A stretch of 36,297 nucleotides of DNA from Yokenella regensburgei (GCF_051486985.1 NZ_JAHVDV010000040.1:2241-38537); one strand, 5' to 3'; numbered from the stretch's first letter, positions 22,245 through 31,039 are shown. Program-made: numbers and translations. Notes: a model not told the origin generated them from the letters alone.

Positions 22245-23825
22245 TCATGTGCCGGTGTGGATGCTTTCCCAGCTCAGCCCGAAACGGGCCAGATATTTGC
22301 GCAGACGGTCGGCATCGTTAGGATTGGCTTTCTTCAGCCGTGAGACGGCAAACAGCTCGCGGCCTGCCCCGGAGAGAGAGGTACTGCGGCGGCACACCTC
22401 CAGCACCGTTTCGAGCTGGCGCTGGTCAAAGAGATCAATCTCTTCATTGAGCGGCGTGGGGGCAGGTATGCTGCGCCAGTTCTGTTGTAAGCGTGTAATC
22501 TCCTCTTCAGCGCCGGCCAGGGTGATACGACCTTGCTCCGCAAGCGTTGCCATACGGGCAATGGACGAACTCAGCTCGCGGAAGTTGCCGCGCCACTGCG
22601 CCTGAGCGGAACAGGCAAAGGCCAGATAGCGCTCACGGGCTTCTTTGTCGAAGCGGATCTGCGTTTGCGCTTCTGCCGAGAAGCGTTGCAGTTCAAATTC
22701 GATATTGGGGGCGATGTCTTCCCGCCGCTCGGCAAGCCCAGGCAGGGCGAAGGTCCACATATTGATACGTGCGTAGAGATCCTCGCGAAACCGTCCTTCC
22801 ATCACCCACTGGTGCATATCCCGGTGGGTTCCGGCGATAAGCTGAAAATCGCTGTGGACCTCTTTATCTGATCCGAAGGGAAAAAAGGTTTTTTCCTCAA
22901 TGGCTTTTAGCAGCATCGCCTGTTCGTCCAGCCCCAGTTCGGCAATTTCATCCAGAAAGAGTACCCCTCCATCCGCCTCGCGCAGTAACCCCTGGCGTGA
23001 TGAGAGCGCCCCGGTAAAAGCGCCTTTCACGTGGCCAAACAGCGTGGACATGGCGTTATCGCCACGCAACGTGGCGCAGTTGACCGCCACCAGTCTGCCC
23101 GCCACCCGGTGCCGAGCCTGACGCAGCTGAAAAATACGTTTCGCCAGGAAGGATTTCCCGGCACCTGTCGGGCCGGTAAGCAGAATCGGGGCCGTGGAGC
23201 GTAAGGCGACACGTTCGATCTGTTCTATAAGCGTATTAAAGGTTGCGTTGCGGGTATCGATACCCGCTTTCAGCAGAGACACCGCGTGCTGCTGCTCGCG
23301 CTGAAAGCGGCTGGTTAAGGTGGCGTAGCGGCTCAAATCCAGGTCGATGACAGAATGTACCCCCGCCGCAACATCTTCTTCTGAGGAGCCTTTGGGTGCC
23401 GGACCGGTTTGCAGAAGGCTGGCGGGCAGATAGCGGGCCTCCGTCAGTAAAAACCAGCAAATCTGTGCCACGTGCGTGCCGGTGGTGATATGCACCAAGT
23501 ACTCTTCGTTGTCGGTATCAAAGTCATAGTGGGTCGCAAAATCGAGAAACGCAGCGTAGACCTCTTCAAAGTCCCAGGGGTCCTGGATCGTCACGCTGTG
23601 CGGACGCACCTCCGTCCCGGGGGAGAGAAGGGCAATATCTTCCGCCAGTTGTTGTGCCATACCGATGTCGCGTGGCTGATGGAGCAGTTCCAGCCGATCG
23701 ACTGGCAAATCCGGCTGCTGACACAACCCGACCGTTGGCCGCCATTTGCGCAGGCGGTTGGCCCGTTTTCCCCGCTTGTCGAGTACCGTACCAAGAACAC
23801 CAATCACTACCCTGCGTTTCTTCAT
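22245..23825 (-). CDS. rtcR: sigma-54-dependent transcriptional activator RtcR (N-terminal CARF domain, AAA+ domain, HTH)
   Basis: 526 aa from MKKRRVVIGVLGTVLDKRGKRANRLRKWRPTVGLCQQ.., colinear with E. coli RtcR including GPTGAGKSFLA and GAFTGA..GLLR motifs. The 20-aa N-terminal extension in the track ORF is rejected. Confidence 0.9.
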   Translation of the reverse strand: MKKRRVVIGVLGTVLDKRGKRANRLRKWRPTVGLCQQPDLPVDRLELLHQPRDIGMAQQLAEDIALLSPGTEVRPHSVTIQDPWDFEEVYAAFLDFATHYDFDTDNEEYLVHITTGTHVAQICWFLLTEARYLPASLLQTGPAPKGSSEEDVAAGVHSVIDLDLSRYATLTSRFQREQQHAVSLLKAGIDTRNATFNTLIEQIERVALRSTAPILLTGPTGAGKSFLAKRIFQLRQARHRVAGRLVAVNCATLRGDNAMSTLFGHVKGAFTGALSSRQGLLREADGGVLFLDEIAELGLDEQAMLLKAIEEKTFFPFGSDKEVHSDFQLIAGTHRDMHQWVMEGRFREDLYARINMWTFALPGLAERREDIAPNIEFELQRFSAEAQTQIRFDKEARERYLAFACSAQAQWRGNFRELSSSIARMATLAEQGRITLAGAEEEITRLQQNWRSIPAPTPLNEEIDLFDQRQLETVLEVCRRSTSLSGAGRELFAVSRLKKANPNDADRLRKYLARFGLSWESIHTGT

Positions 23826-23920
23826 GTTTATCCTGCAAGATAAATTCCGATAACTTAGTATAAAAATACAGCTAAGTGAACACAAGTTAGTTAAAAGCGA
23901 TTGTCATAAAATTACTTATT

Positions 23921-23934
23921 TATCAATAGCTTAA
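23921..23934. promoter_or_regulatory. IHF-like site (tATCAAtagcTTA) between rtcR and the sigma-54 promoter
   Basis: Matches WATCAANNNNTTR. Placement is typical of the IHF-bent DNA upstream of sigma-54 promoters. Confidence 0.35.
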
Positions 23935-23960
23935 ATAAATTATTTTCTTTTTTATCTTTC

Positions 23961-23976
23961 TGGCACGCTTCTGGCA
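23961..23976 (+). promoter_or_regulatory. sigma-54 (-24/-12) promoter driving the SPFH-rtcB-NTase operon
   Basis: TGGCACgcttcTGGCA against the consensus TGGCAC-N5-TTGCA (one mismatch). Divergent from rtcR, as for the E. coli rtcBA promoter. Confidence 0.75.
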
Positions 23977-23987
23977 ATAGCTAATAC

Positions 23988-24270
23988 GTCACGATGCTGA
24001 GCACGCAGGGGGTAAGGCCCCGCCAGCGCACCCGGAACGGTAAGACGTTATCCGCGGGGCGTTCTGTCAGCACCGGGACACATTAAGGGTTCGATTCCCG
24101 ACTCACCCTTCCAGGTGAACACTGGTTGTATTGGTTAATGCGCTGTCAGGTTGGTAACGACAGCAACACACCGGCGCCGATAAGGGTTCCGGGTCGCAGG
24201 CAAAACAGGCTGGCAGGAGTGGCCTGTTCCCCTCCGGCTCCGCACCTGCATCCGTGCCGGTACGTGAAAA
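23988..24270 (+). ncRNA. non-coding, GC-rich leader RNA with tRNA-like motifs (candidate Y-RNA-like / tRNA-mimic RNA) upstream of the SPFH-rtcB operon
   Basis: No ORF on this strand for about 300 nt after the sigma-54 promoter. Canonical tRNA T-arm consensus GGGTTCGATTCCC at 24087-24099. The 3' segment ctcaccc (24103-24109), followed by ttcca, can pair 6/7 with gggtaag (24010-24016) as an acceptor-like stem. A second taagggttcc module sits at 24181. I found no full canonical cloverleaf. Confidence 0.5.
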
Positions 24271-24284
24271 GATAAGGATGAAAA

Positions 24285-25403
24285 ATGAATAAGAAAATCA
24301 CTATTCGTAAAGGACAGTTGGCTCTGCTGGCAAAAGCAGGCGATTACACCCACATTTTTGAGGCAGGAGAGCACCGTCTCCCCAGGTTTGGTAAGCAGGA
24401 GGTCACCTTCGTTGATCTCAATGGCGGGGATGTGGAGAGAGAACTTGCTCACTATCTGCGCCGTTTCCGGCCGGAATGGGTCGACGCCTACTGCCTGACC
24501 GCTGATACCACCGAGCATAACGTTGCTGCGCTGTACCGTAATGACATCCTCGTGGAAATCATACCTCCCGCTTCGCGTCGGATGTTCTGGCAGGACGGCA
24601 GCCTGAGCATTGCATTGCTGGATACTAAGGATGCGCGCGTGCCTGAGCGCATCATGAATGCCGTACTGCAACCACGTACTGCCATTAAGGGACGGGAAGC
24701 CATCCAGACCGTCAACGTCGGAGCATGGCATGTCGGCGTCCTGAAAATTGATGGTGTTACACAGCCGCTGTTGCCACCGGGCATCACCGCCTACTGGCAG
24801 GTGAACCATCTGATTGAGGCGGATGTTGTCGACACGCGTTTGCAGGTGATGGAGGTCACGGGGCAGGAGATCCTGACCAAAGACAAAGTGAATTTGCGCA
24901 TCAACCTGGGCGCAAACTGGCACTACAGTGACGTCTTACGGGCGTTCAGTCAGCTTAGTAAACCGCTGGAGCATCTCTATCGCGAGTTACAGTTTGCTCT
25001 GCGTGAAGCGGTAGGGACCCGTACACTTGATGAACTCCTGGAAGACAAGCAGGTGATCGACAGCGTGGTGAGCGCCCAGGTTAAAACGCGCATGACGCCC
25101 TTTGGCATGGATATCGCCTCGCTGGGGGTGAAGGACATCGTACTGCCAGGCGACATGAAAACTATCCTGGCAAAACTGGTGGAGGCGGAAAAATCAGCAC
25201 AGGCGAATGTGATTCGTCGACGTGAAGAGACAGCGGCGACCCGATCATTACTGAACACCGCAAAAGTGATGGAAAGCAACCCGGTGGCACTGCGCTTAAA
25301 AGAGCTGGAAACCCTGGAAAGAGTGGCGGAGCGTATCGATAAGATCTCCGTCTTCGGTGGCCTGGATAATGTACTGAATGGACTGGTGAATATTAAAGGA
25401 TAA
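24285..25403 (+). CDS. SPFH/band-7 (stomatin/prohibitin-like) domain protein with a ~180-aa non-membrane N-terminal domain of unknown function
   Basis: 372 aa. The C-terminal half (QVMEVTGQEILTKDKVNLRINLGANWHYSDV..TRTLDELLEDKQVIDSVV..PFGMDIASLGVKDIVLPGDMKTILAKLVEAEKSAQANVIRRREETAA) has the SPFH signature. No N-terminal TM helix. AAGGA RBS. Confidence 0.8.
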   Translation: MNKKITIRKGQLALLAKAGDYTHIFEAGEHRLPRFGKQEVTFVDLNGGDVERELAHYLRRFRPEWVDAYCLTADTTEHNVAALYRNDILVEIIPPASRRMFWQDGSLSIALLDTKDARVPERIMNAVLQPRTAIKGREAIQTVNVGAWHVGVLKIDGVTQPLLPPGITAYWQVNHLIEADVVDTRLQVMEVTGQEILTKDKVNLRINLGANWHYSDVLRAFSQLSKPLEHLYRELQFALREAVGTRTLDELLEDKQVIDSVVSAQVKTRMTPFGMDIASLGVKDIVLPGDMKTILAKLVEAEKSAQANVIRRREETAATRSLLNTAKVMESNPVALRLKELETLERVAERIDKISVFGGLDNVLNGLVNIKG

Positions 25404-25407
25404 CCTC

Positions 25408-26634
25408 ATGCAGCATAACGAATTTCAACTGTTAACGGCGCAAAACAGCGCGCCAATAAAAATGTGGACCCACGGAGTTCCGGTCGAGCCTGAGGCGCGT
25501 GCGCAGTTGCAGAACACGGCGAAGATGCCGTTTATTTTTCAGCATCTGGCGGTGATGCCGGATGTGCATCTGGGTAAAGGCTCCACCATCGGCAGCGTGA
25601 TCCCAACCAAAGGGGCCATCATTCCGGCGGCGGTCGGCGTGGATATAGGTTGTGGCATGATCGCTGTACGTACTTCGCTTATGGCAAGCGACCTGCCCGA
25701 TAACCTGAGTGGACTGCGCAGCGCCATTGAGCAGGCGGTGCCGCACGGGCGAACCAGTACCCGCTCCGGGCGTGATAAAGGGGCCTGGGAAACGCCCCCG
25801 CAGGAAGTGGATAACCACTGGTCGCTGCTGTCAGCGCGCTTTAAGCGCCTGACGGATAGCTATCCGCAGTTACTGAAAACCAATAATTATCAGCACCTGG
25901 GTACGCTCGGGACGGGCAACCACTTTATAGAGATCTGCCTGGACGAGCAGCAGCGCGTGTGGGTGATGCTACATAGCGGATCCCGCGGCGTGGGTAACGC
26001 CATCGGTACGCTGTTTATTGCGCTGGCGCAGCAGGATATGCAGCAGCATATTGCCAACCTGCCGGATAAAAACCTGGCCTATTTCCAGGAGGGGAGTAAG
26101 CACTACGACGATTACATGGAGGCGGTCTCATGGGCGCAGGATTTTGCCCGTCATAACCGGGAAGTGATGATGGCGCGCGTGCTGGCGGCGCTGTCACGCA
26201 TCGTGACGAAGCCGTTCATGACGCAGCAGGAAGCGGTGAATTGCCACCATAACTATGTCCAAAAAGAGCGCCATTTTGGTGAAGAGGTGCTGGTGACGCG
26301 CAAAGGGGCGGTCTCCGCGCAAAAAGGCCAGATGGGGATTATTCCCGGTTCGATGGGGGCCAAAAGTTTTATCGTGCGGGGACTGGGGAACGAAGAGAGT
26401 TTCTGCTCCTGTAGTCATGGCGCAGGGCGTGCGATGAGCCGTACGGCTGCGAAAAAGCGCTTCACCGTTGATGACCAGATTCGCGCTACCGCGCATGTTG
26501 AATGTCGTAAAGACAGCGACGTCATTGATGAAATTCCGATGGCCTACAAGGATATCGATGCGGTCATGGCGGCACAGGCGTCGCTGGTGGAAATCGTTCA
26601 CACCCTGCGTCAGGTGGTGTGTGTAAAAGGATAA
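25408..26634 (+). CDS. rtcB: RNA-splicing ligase RtcB (3'-phosphate/5'-hydroxyl RNA ligase)
   Basis: 408 aa, colinear with E. coli RtcB from about residue 10 (MWT.GVPVE..AKMPFIF.H.AVMPDVHLGKGSTIGSVIPTKGAIIPAAVGVDIGCGM.., C-terminal ..IDEIPMAYKDIDAVMAAQ..LRQVVCVKG). 4-nt gap after the SPFH gene. AAAGGA RBS. Confidence 0.95.
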   Translation: MQHNEFQLLTAQNSAPIKMWTHGVPVEPEARAQLQNTAKMPFIFQHLAVMPDVHLGKGSTIGSVIPTKGAIIPAAVGVDIGCGMIAVRTSLMASDLPDNLSGLRSAIEQAVPHGRTSTRSGRDKGAWETPPQEVDNHWSLLSARFKRLTDSYPQLLKTNNYQHLGTLGTGNHFIEICLDEQQRVWVMLHSGSRGVGNAIGTLFIALAQQDMQQHIANLPDKNLAYFQEGSKHYDDYMEAVSWAQDFARHNREVMMARVLAALSRIVTKPFMTQQEAVNCHHNYVQKERHFGEEVLVTRKGAVSAQKGQMGIIPGSMGAKSFIVRGLGNEESFCSCSHGAGRAMSRTAAKKRFTVDDQIRATAHVECRKDSDVIDEIPMAYKDIDAVMAAQASLVEIVHTLRQVVCVKG

Positions 26635-26638
26635 AAAA

Positions 26639-27424
26639 ATGACGGTCAATGGTGTGGATGCTGGCATGCGCGAACGCGTGCGGCAGCATTTGAAGAGGGT
26701 TGAGCAGGACTATGGTGTTCGGGTGCTCTACGCCTGCGAGTCCGGCAGTCGGGGGTGGGGCTTTGCCTCACCGGATAGTGACTATGACGTGCGATTTTTA
26801 TACGTGCATCCACCGGAATGGTACTTACAAGTGGAGACACCACGTGACGTTATCGAACTGCCGATCAATGATGAGCTGGACGTGAGCGGTTGGGAGTGGC
26901 GCAAAGCGCTGGGCTTGCTAAAAAGCGCCAACCCGACACTGATTGAGTGGCTGGATTCGCCTGTCGTTTACCAACGGGAGGAGGCGGTGATAGCGGCGCT
27001 CAGCGCGCAGGTGCCGAAATGGTTTTCTCCCGTGCGGGCGCGCTGGCACTACTACTCTATGGCCCGCAGAAACTTTCACAGCTATTTGCAGGGCGATGAG
27101 GTGCGGTTGAAGAAGTATTTCTATGTGCTGCGTCCGTTACTGGCCGTGCGTTGGGTGGAAGCAGGAAAAGGCGTTCCTCCTATGCGCTTTGCCGAACTGC
27201 TGGCAGGCAGTGAACTGGAGGCGGAGCTGCGTCTGGAGATAAAGGAACTGCTGGCGCGTAAGCAGCGTGCCGGAGAAGCGCAGTATGGTGCACCTTTGCC
27301 ACGCTTGCATGCGTTTATCGCCGCGGAGATCGACAGGGGCACGCTTCCTCCCGTGTTACCAGATAGTCGGGATGGAGAGGTGAAAGCGCTTGATCGGTTG
27401 TTGTATCAAACGGTGATGGCATAA
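26639..27424 (+). CDS. polymerase-beta superfamily nucleotidyltransferase (261 aa), at the position where rtcA follows rtcB in E. coli
   Basis: NTase motif GSRGWGFASPDSDYDVRF (hG[GS]-x9-13-D.D). 4-nt gap after the rtcB stop. AAAGGA RBS. Confidence 0.75.
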   Translation: MTVNGVDAGMRERVRQHLKRVEQDYGVRVLYACESGSRGWGFASPDSDYDVRFLYVHPPEWYLQVETPRDVIELPINDELDVSGWEWRKALGLLKSANPTLIEWLDSPVVYQREEAVIAALSAQVPKWFSPVRARWHYYSMARRNFHSYLQGDEVRLKKYFYVLRPLLAVRWVEAGKGVPPMRFAELLAGSELEAELRLEIKELLARKQRAGEAQYGAPLPRLHAFIAAEIDRGTLPPVLPDSRDGEVKALDRLLYQTVMA

Positions 27425-27427
27425 AAC

Positions 27428-27458
27428 GAGGCCGGACAGGGTTGCCCTTCCGGCCTCT
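27428..27458. terminator. bidirectional terminator between the NTase gene and convergent lysC
   Basis: gaggccggacagggttgcccttccggcctc inverted repeat. Confidence 0.6.
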
Positions 27459-27464
27459 GCCTTG

Positions 27465-28814
27465 TTATTCGAACAGATTATGGTGCAGTTTCTGAACGAC
27501 CTGCTCCGCTTCGCTGCCCGGCACCAGGAAGCACAGGTTGTGGCTGGATGCGCCGTAGCAAATCATACGGATATTGAACGGTTCGAGTACACCAAAAACC
27601 TCTTTGCCGACGCCGCAGGCTTTCGACAGGTCATTACCAATAATCGCCACCAGCGCCAGGTTTTCTTCCACCTCTACCCGGCAGAGTGAAGAGAGCTCGG
27701 TCAACAGCGCCTGCGTCAGCAGGGTATCTCCGGTAGAGGTAGAACCGGTGGTGTCCAGCGTCAGCGCCACGCTCACTTCCGAGGTGGTAATGAGGTCAAC
27801 CGAGATGCTGTGGCGCGCCAGAATGCCGAATACTTCCGCCAGGAAACCGCGGGAGTGCAGCATGTTAAGGCTGTGCAGCGTCAGCAGGGTCTGCTTACGG
27901 CGCAGAGCCAGCGCCCGGAACAGCGGAGGATTGCTGGTTGTATTGCAGACCAGGGTGCCGCCTGCTTTTGGATCTTTACTGGAACCCACGAACACCGGGA
28001 TGTCGCTGCGTACGGCAGGAAGCAGGGTGGCAGGATGCAGCACTTTCGCGCCAAAAGTAGCCATTTCAGCCGCTTCTTCAAAGGCAATTTCGTCGATGCG
28101 TTTGGCCGAAGGCACTACGCGTGGGTCGGTGGTATAGATGCCTGGAACGTCAGTCCAGATATCAACGCGGGCGGCATGCAGGGCTTCACCAAGCAGGGCG
28201 GCGGTATAATCGCTGCCCCCGCGGCCCAGGGTCGTGGTGCGGCCTTTAGCTTCGCTGCCAATAAAGCCCTGGGTGACCACCATGCCGTCGGCGAGTCGCG
28301 GGGCGAGCTGCTGGGTGGCGAGTTCCGCCAGGGCGGCAACGTCCGGCTCGGCACGACCAAAACGATCGCTGGTGCGCATCACTTTACGTACGTCAAACCA
28401 CTGCGACTGAATATCGCGTTCGCGCAGGATTTCAACAAACAGCAGGGTCGACATCAGTTCGCCGTGGCTGACCAGTTCGTCGGTCAGTGCGGTGGAGGTT
28501 GCCAGGGAAGCGGCTTCGGCAAGCGTGGTGATGTTTTCCAGCAGGCGTTCGATCTCTTCCCGGATAACGTTCGGGTTGGCCAGGCGTTCCAGGATATCGA
28601 ACTGAATTTTACGGATAGCATCAAGTTTGACGAAGCGCTCGGTGGACTCCAGCCCTTCGGCGAGCGCAACCAGCAGATTGGTGACGCCAGCAGAAGCGGA
28701 GAGCACCACTAAGCGGGTATTCGGGTCGGCGAGCACCACATCGGCGCTGTGGTTCATGGCATCATAATTTGCCACACTGGTACCGCCAAACTTGGCGACA
28801 ACTAATTCAGACAT
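27465..28814 (-). CDS. lysC: lysine-sensitive aspartokinase III
   Basis: 449 aa, MSELVVAKFGGTSVANYDAMNHSADVVLADPNTRLVVLSASAGVTNLLVAL.., as E. coli LysC. Confidence 0.97.
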   Translation of the reverse strand: MSELVVAKFGGTSVANYDAMNHSADVVLADPNTRLVVLSASAGVTNLLVALAEGLESTERFVKLDAIRKIQFDILERLANPNVIREEIERLLENITTLAEAASLATSTALTDELVSHGELMSTLLFVEILRERDIQSQWFDVRKVMRTSDRFGRAEPDVAALAELATQQLAPRLADGMVVTQGFIGSEAKGRTTTLGRGGSDYTAALLGEALHAARVDIWTDVPGIYTTDPRVVPSAKRIDEIAFEEAAEMATFGAKVLHPATLLPAVRSDIPVFVGSSKDPKAGGTLVCNTTSNPPLFRALALRRKQTLLTLHSLNMLHSRGFLAEVFGILARHSISVDLITTSEVSVALTLDTTGSTSTGDTLLTQALLTELSSLCRVEVEENLALVAIIGNDLSKACGVGKEVFGVLEPFNIRMICYGASSHNLCFLVPGSEAEQVVQKLHHNLFE

Positions 28815-28834
28815 AACAACCTCGTGTCAGGGGA

Positions 28835-29090
28835 TCGATTATTCAGCCATGGCACAAGGGAAGAGCGAAAGGGGTAGGCGCAGCAAACTACGATTACACC
28901 CAGAAGTGCTCCACCACTTGTGAAACGCCCGACTGCGAACGTTTCTGGTGACAACTCAGGGGATTCAGCCCCTGTAGCCGATGGTGATTGCTGCCGTGCA
29001 ATCCACCACCTCGGCGGTGCTCCCCCTCACGTATCGTCTCCGGATGGGCTCCTCGAATACGGTTACCTGGGCAACGCTCCTCTTCTGGCT
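28835..29090 (-). ncRNA. lysine riboswitch (lysC leader, L-box)
   Basis: The minus-strand leader matches the E. coli lysC leader as I recall it: ..gccagaagaggagcgttgccc.. at the 5' end, ..catcggctacaggggctgaatcccctgagttgtcacc.. centrally, and ..ctcttcccttgtgccatggctgaa..cccctgacacgagg before the ATG. Confidence 0.85.
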
Positions 29091-29392
29091 ATTACCTTCG
29101 CCTTTCACACTCTCTGTAGCGAGAAATGCTCTGGTAATACACAAACTCGCCTGTAGGCGGGTAGCGCATATAGAAATAAAGGCTCGCGGCATCCCTGTCA
29201 ATGTTGTGATTATGCGGATTTTTCATGCAGAGGAATCGATTAGAAAAAGGGCTTATGTTGGGCTAATTTATTGCTTTATTTCGCCCGTTTTGCCGCGGCG
29301 TCCGGGAGTGGAAAACAAAAACCATCACAATTTTTGTTCGCAGGCGCTACAATCGACCGCAGTCACAATTCTCAAATCAGAAGAGTATTGCT

Positions 29393-31039
29393 ATGAAAAA
29401 TATCAACCCAACGCAGACTTCTGCCTGGCAGGCATTACAGAAACACTACGCTGACATGAAGGACGTTACCCTCGCGGATCTCTTCGCGAAAGATAGCGAC
29501 CGTTTTGCTAAGTTTTCCGCAAAATTTGATGATGTGATGCTGGTGGATTTTTCCAAAAACCGCATTACCGACGAGACCCTGGCCCTGCTGCAAAATCTCG
29601 CGAAAGAGACCGAACTGGCAGGGGCGATTAAGTCCATGTTCTCCGGCGAGAAAATCAACCGTACCGAAGACCGTGCCGTGCTGCACGTGGCGCTGCGTAA
29701 CCGTAGCAACACGCCGATTATGGTTGATGGCAAAGATGTCATGCCAGAAGTGAATGCCGTACTGGAGAAGATGAAAACCTTCTCGGAAGCCATCATTTCC
29801 GGTAGCTGGAAAGGCTATACCGGCAAAGCCATTACTGACGTGGTGAATATCGGTATCGGTGGTTCTGACCTTGGCCCGTTCATGGTGACCGAAGCACTGC
29901 GCCCGTATAAAAACCATCTCAACATGCACTTCGTTTCTAACGTTGATGGCACGCATATCGCTGAAGTCCTGAAAAAAGTGGAGCCGGAAACCACGCTGTT
30001 CCTCGTGGCTTCCAAAACCTTTACGACGCAGGAAACCATGACCAACGCCCACAGCGCCCGCGACTGGTTCCTGAAAACCGCCGGTGATGATAAGCACGTA
30101 GCGAAACACTTCGCCGCGCTTTCCACCAATGGTAAAGCGGTTGGTGAATTCGGTATCGACACGGCAAACATGTTCGAGTTCTGGGACTGGGTTGGGGGTC
30201 GTTATTCGCTGTGGTCGGCGATTGGCCTGTCTATCATTCTGTCCGTGGGTTTCGACAACTTTGTTGAACTGCTTTCTGGCGCGCATGCGATGGACAAACA
30301 CTTCTCCACCACCGCACCTGAGCAAAACCTGCCGGTTCTGCTGGCGCTCATCGGTATCTGGTACAACAACTTCTTCGGTGCTGAAACCGAAGCGATTCTG
30401 CCGTATGACCAGTATATGCACCGCTTTGCCGCTTACTTCCAGCAGGGCAACATGGAATCCAACGGTAAATACGTTGACCGCAACGGCAACGCCGTGGATT
30501 ACCAGACCGGCCCCATTATCTGGGGTGAGCCAGGGACCAACGGCCAGCACGCGTTTTACCAGCTGATTCACCAGGGCACCAAAATGGTACCCTGCGATTT
30601 CATTGCTCCGGCCATTACTCACAATGCGCTCTCTGACCACCATCAGAAATTGCTCTCCAACTTCTTCGCTCAGACCGAAGCGCTGGCGTTTGGTAAGTCC
30701 CGCGATGTTGTTGAGCAGGAATATGCTGACCAGGGTAAAGATCCGAAGACGCTGGAACACGTTGTGCCGTTTAAAGTCTTTGAGGGCAACCGCCCGACGA
30801 ACTCTATCCTGCTGCGTGAAATCACGCCGTTCAGCCTGGGCGCACTGATTGCGCTGTATGAGCACAAAATCTTCACCCAGGGGGCGATCCTGAATATCTT
30901 CACCTTCGATCAGTGGGGTGTGGAGCTGGGTAAACAGCTGGCGAACCGCATTCTGCCGGAACTGGGCGACGATAAAGAAATCAGTAGCCACGACAGTTCC
31001 ACCAATGGGCTTATTAATCTGTATAAAGCCTGGCGTTAA
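29393..31039 (+). CDS. pgi: glucose-6-phosphate isomerase
   Basis: 548 aa, [34 protein letters not shown].., colinear with E. coli Pgi. Confidence 0.97.
   Translation: MKNINPTQTSAWQALQKHYADMKDVTLADLFAKDSDRFAKFSAKFDDVMLVDFSKNRITDETLALLQNLAKETELAGAIKSMFSGEKINRTEDRAVLHVALRNRSNTPIMVDGKDVMPEVNAVLEKMKTFSEAIISGSWKGYTGKAITDVVNIGIGGSDLGPFMVTEALRPYKNHLNMHFVSNVDGTHIAEVLKKVEPETTLFLVASKTFTTQETMTNAHSARDWFLKTAGDDKHVAKHFAALSTNGKAVGEFGIDTANMFEFWDWVGGRYSLWSAIGLSIILSVGFDNFVELLSGAHAMDKHFSTTAPEQNLPVLLALIGIWYNNFFGAETEAILPYDQYMHRFAAYFQQGNMESNGKYVDRNGNAVDYQTGPIIWGEPGTNGQHAFYQLIHQGTKMVPCDFIAPAITHNALSDHHQKLLSNFFAQTEALAFGKSRDVVEQEYADQGKDPKTLEHVVPFKVFEGNRPTNSILLREITPFSLGALIALYEHKIFTQGAILNIFTFDQWGVELGKQLANRILPELGDDKEISSHDSSTNGLINLYKAWR

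Noticed and set aside
23826-23885. N-terminal 20-aa extension of rtcR (MCSLSCIFILSYRNLSCRIN)
   Set aside because: RtcR homology starts at MKKRRVVIG. The extension lies in the AT-rich promoter region.
24087-24115. Bona fide tRNA gene
   Set aside because: The T-arm consensus and acceptor-like pairing are present, but I could not build a D-arm or anticodon arm. The 3' end is ..cccttcca rather than discriminator-CCA, and the acceptor has an A-C mismatch. I call it tRNA-like ncRNA only.
27574-28712. 300-aa and 187-aa plus-strand ORFs opposite lysC, and the 552-aa minus-strand ORF (29435..31093) opposite pgi
   Set aside because: These are mirror ORFs antisense to strongly conserved genes. They are typical stop-codon-poor antisense frames with no homology.
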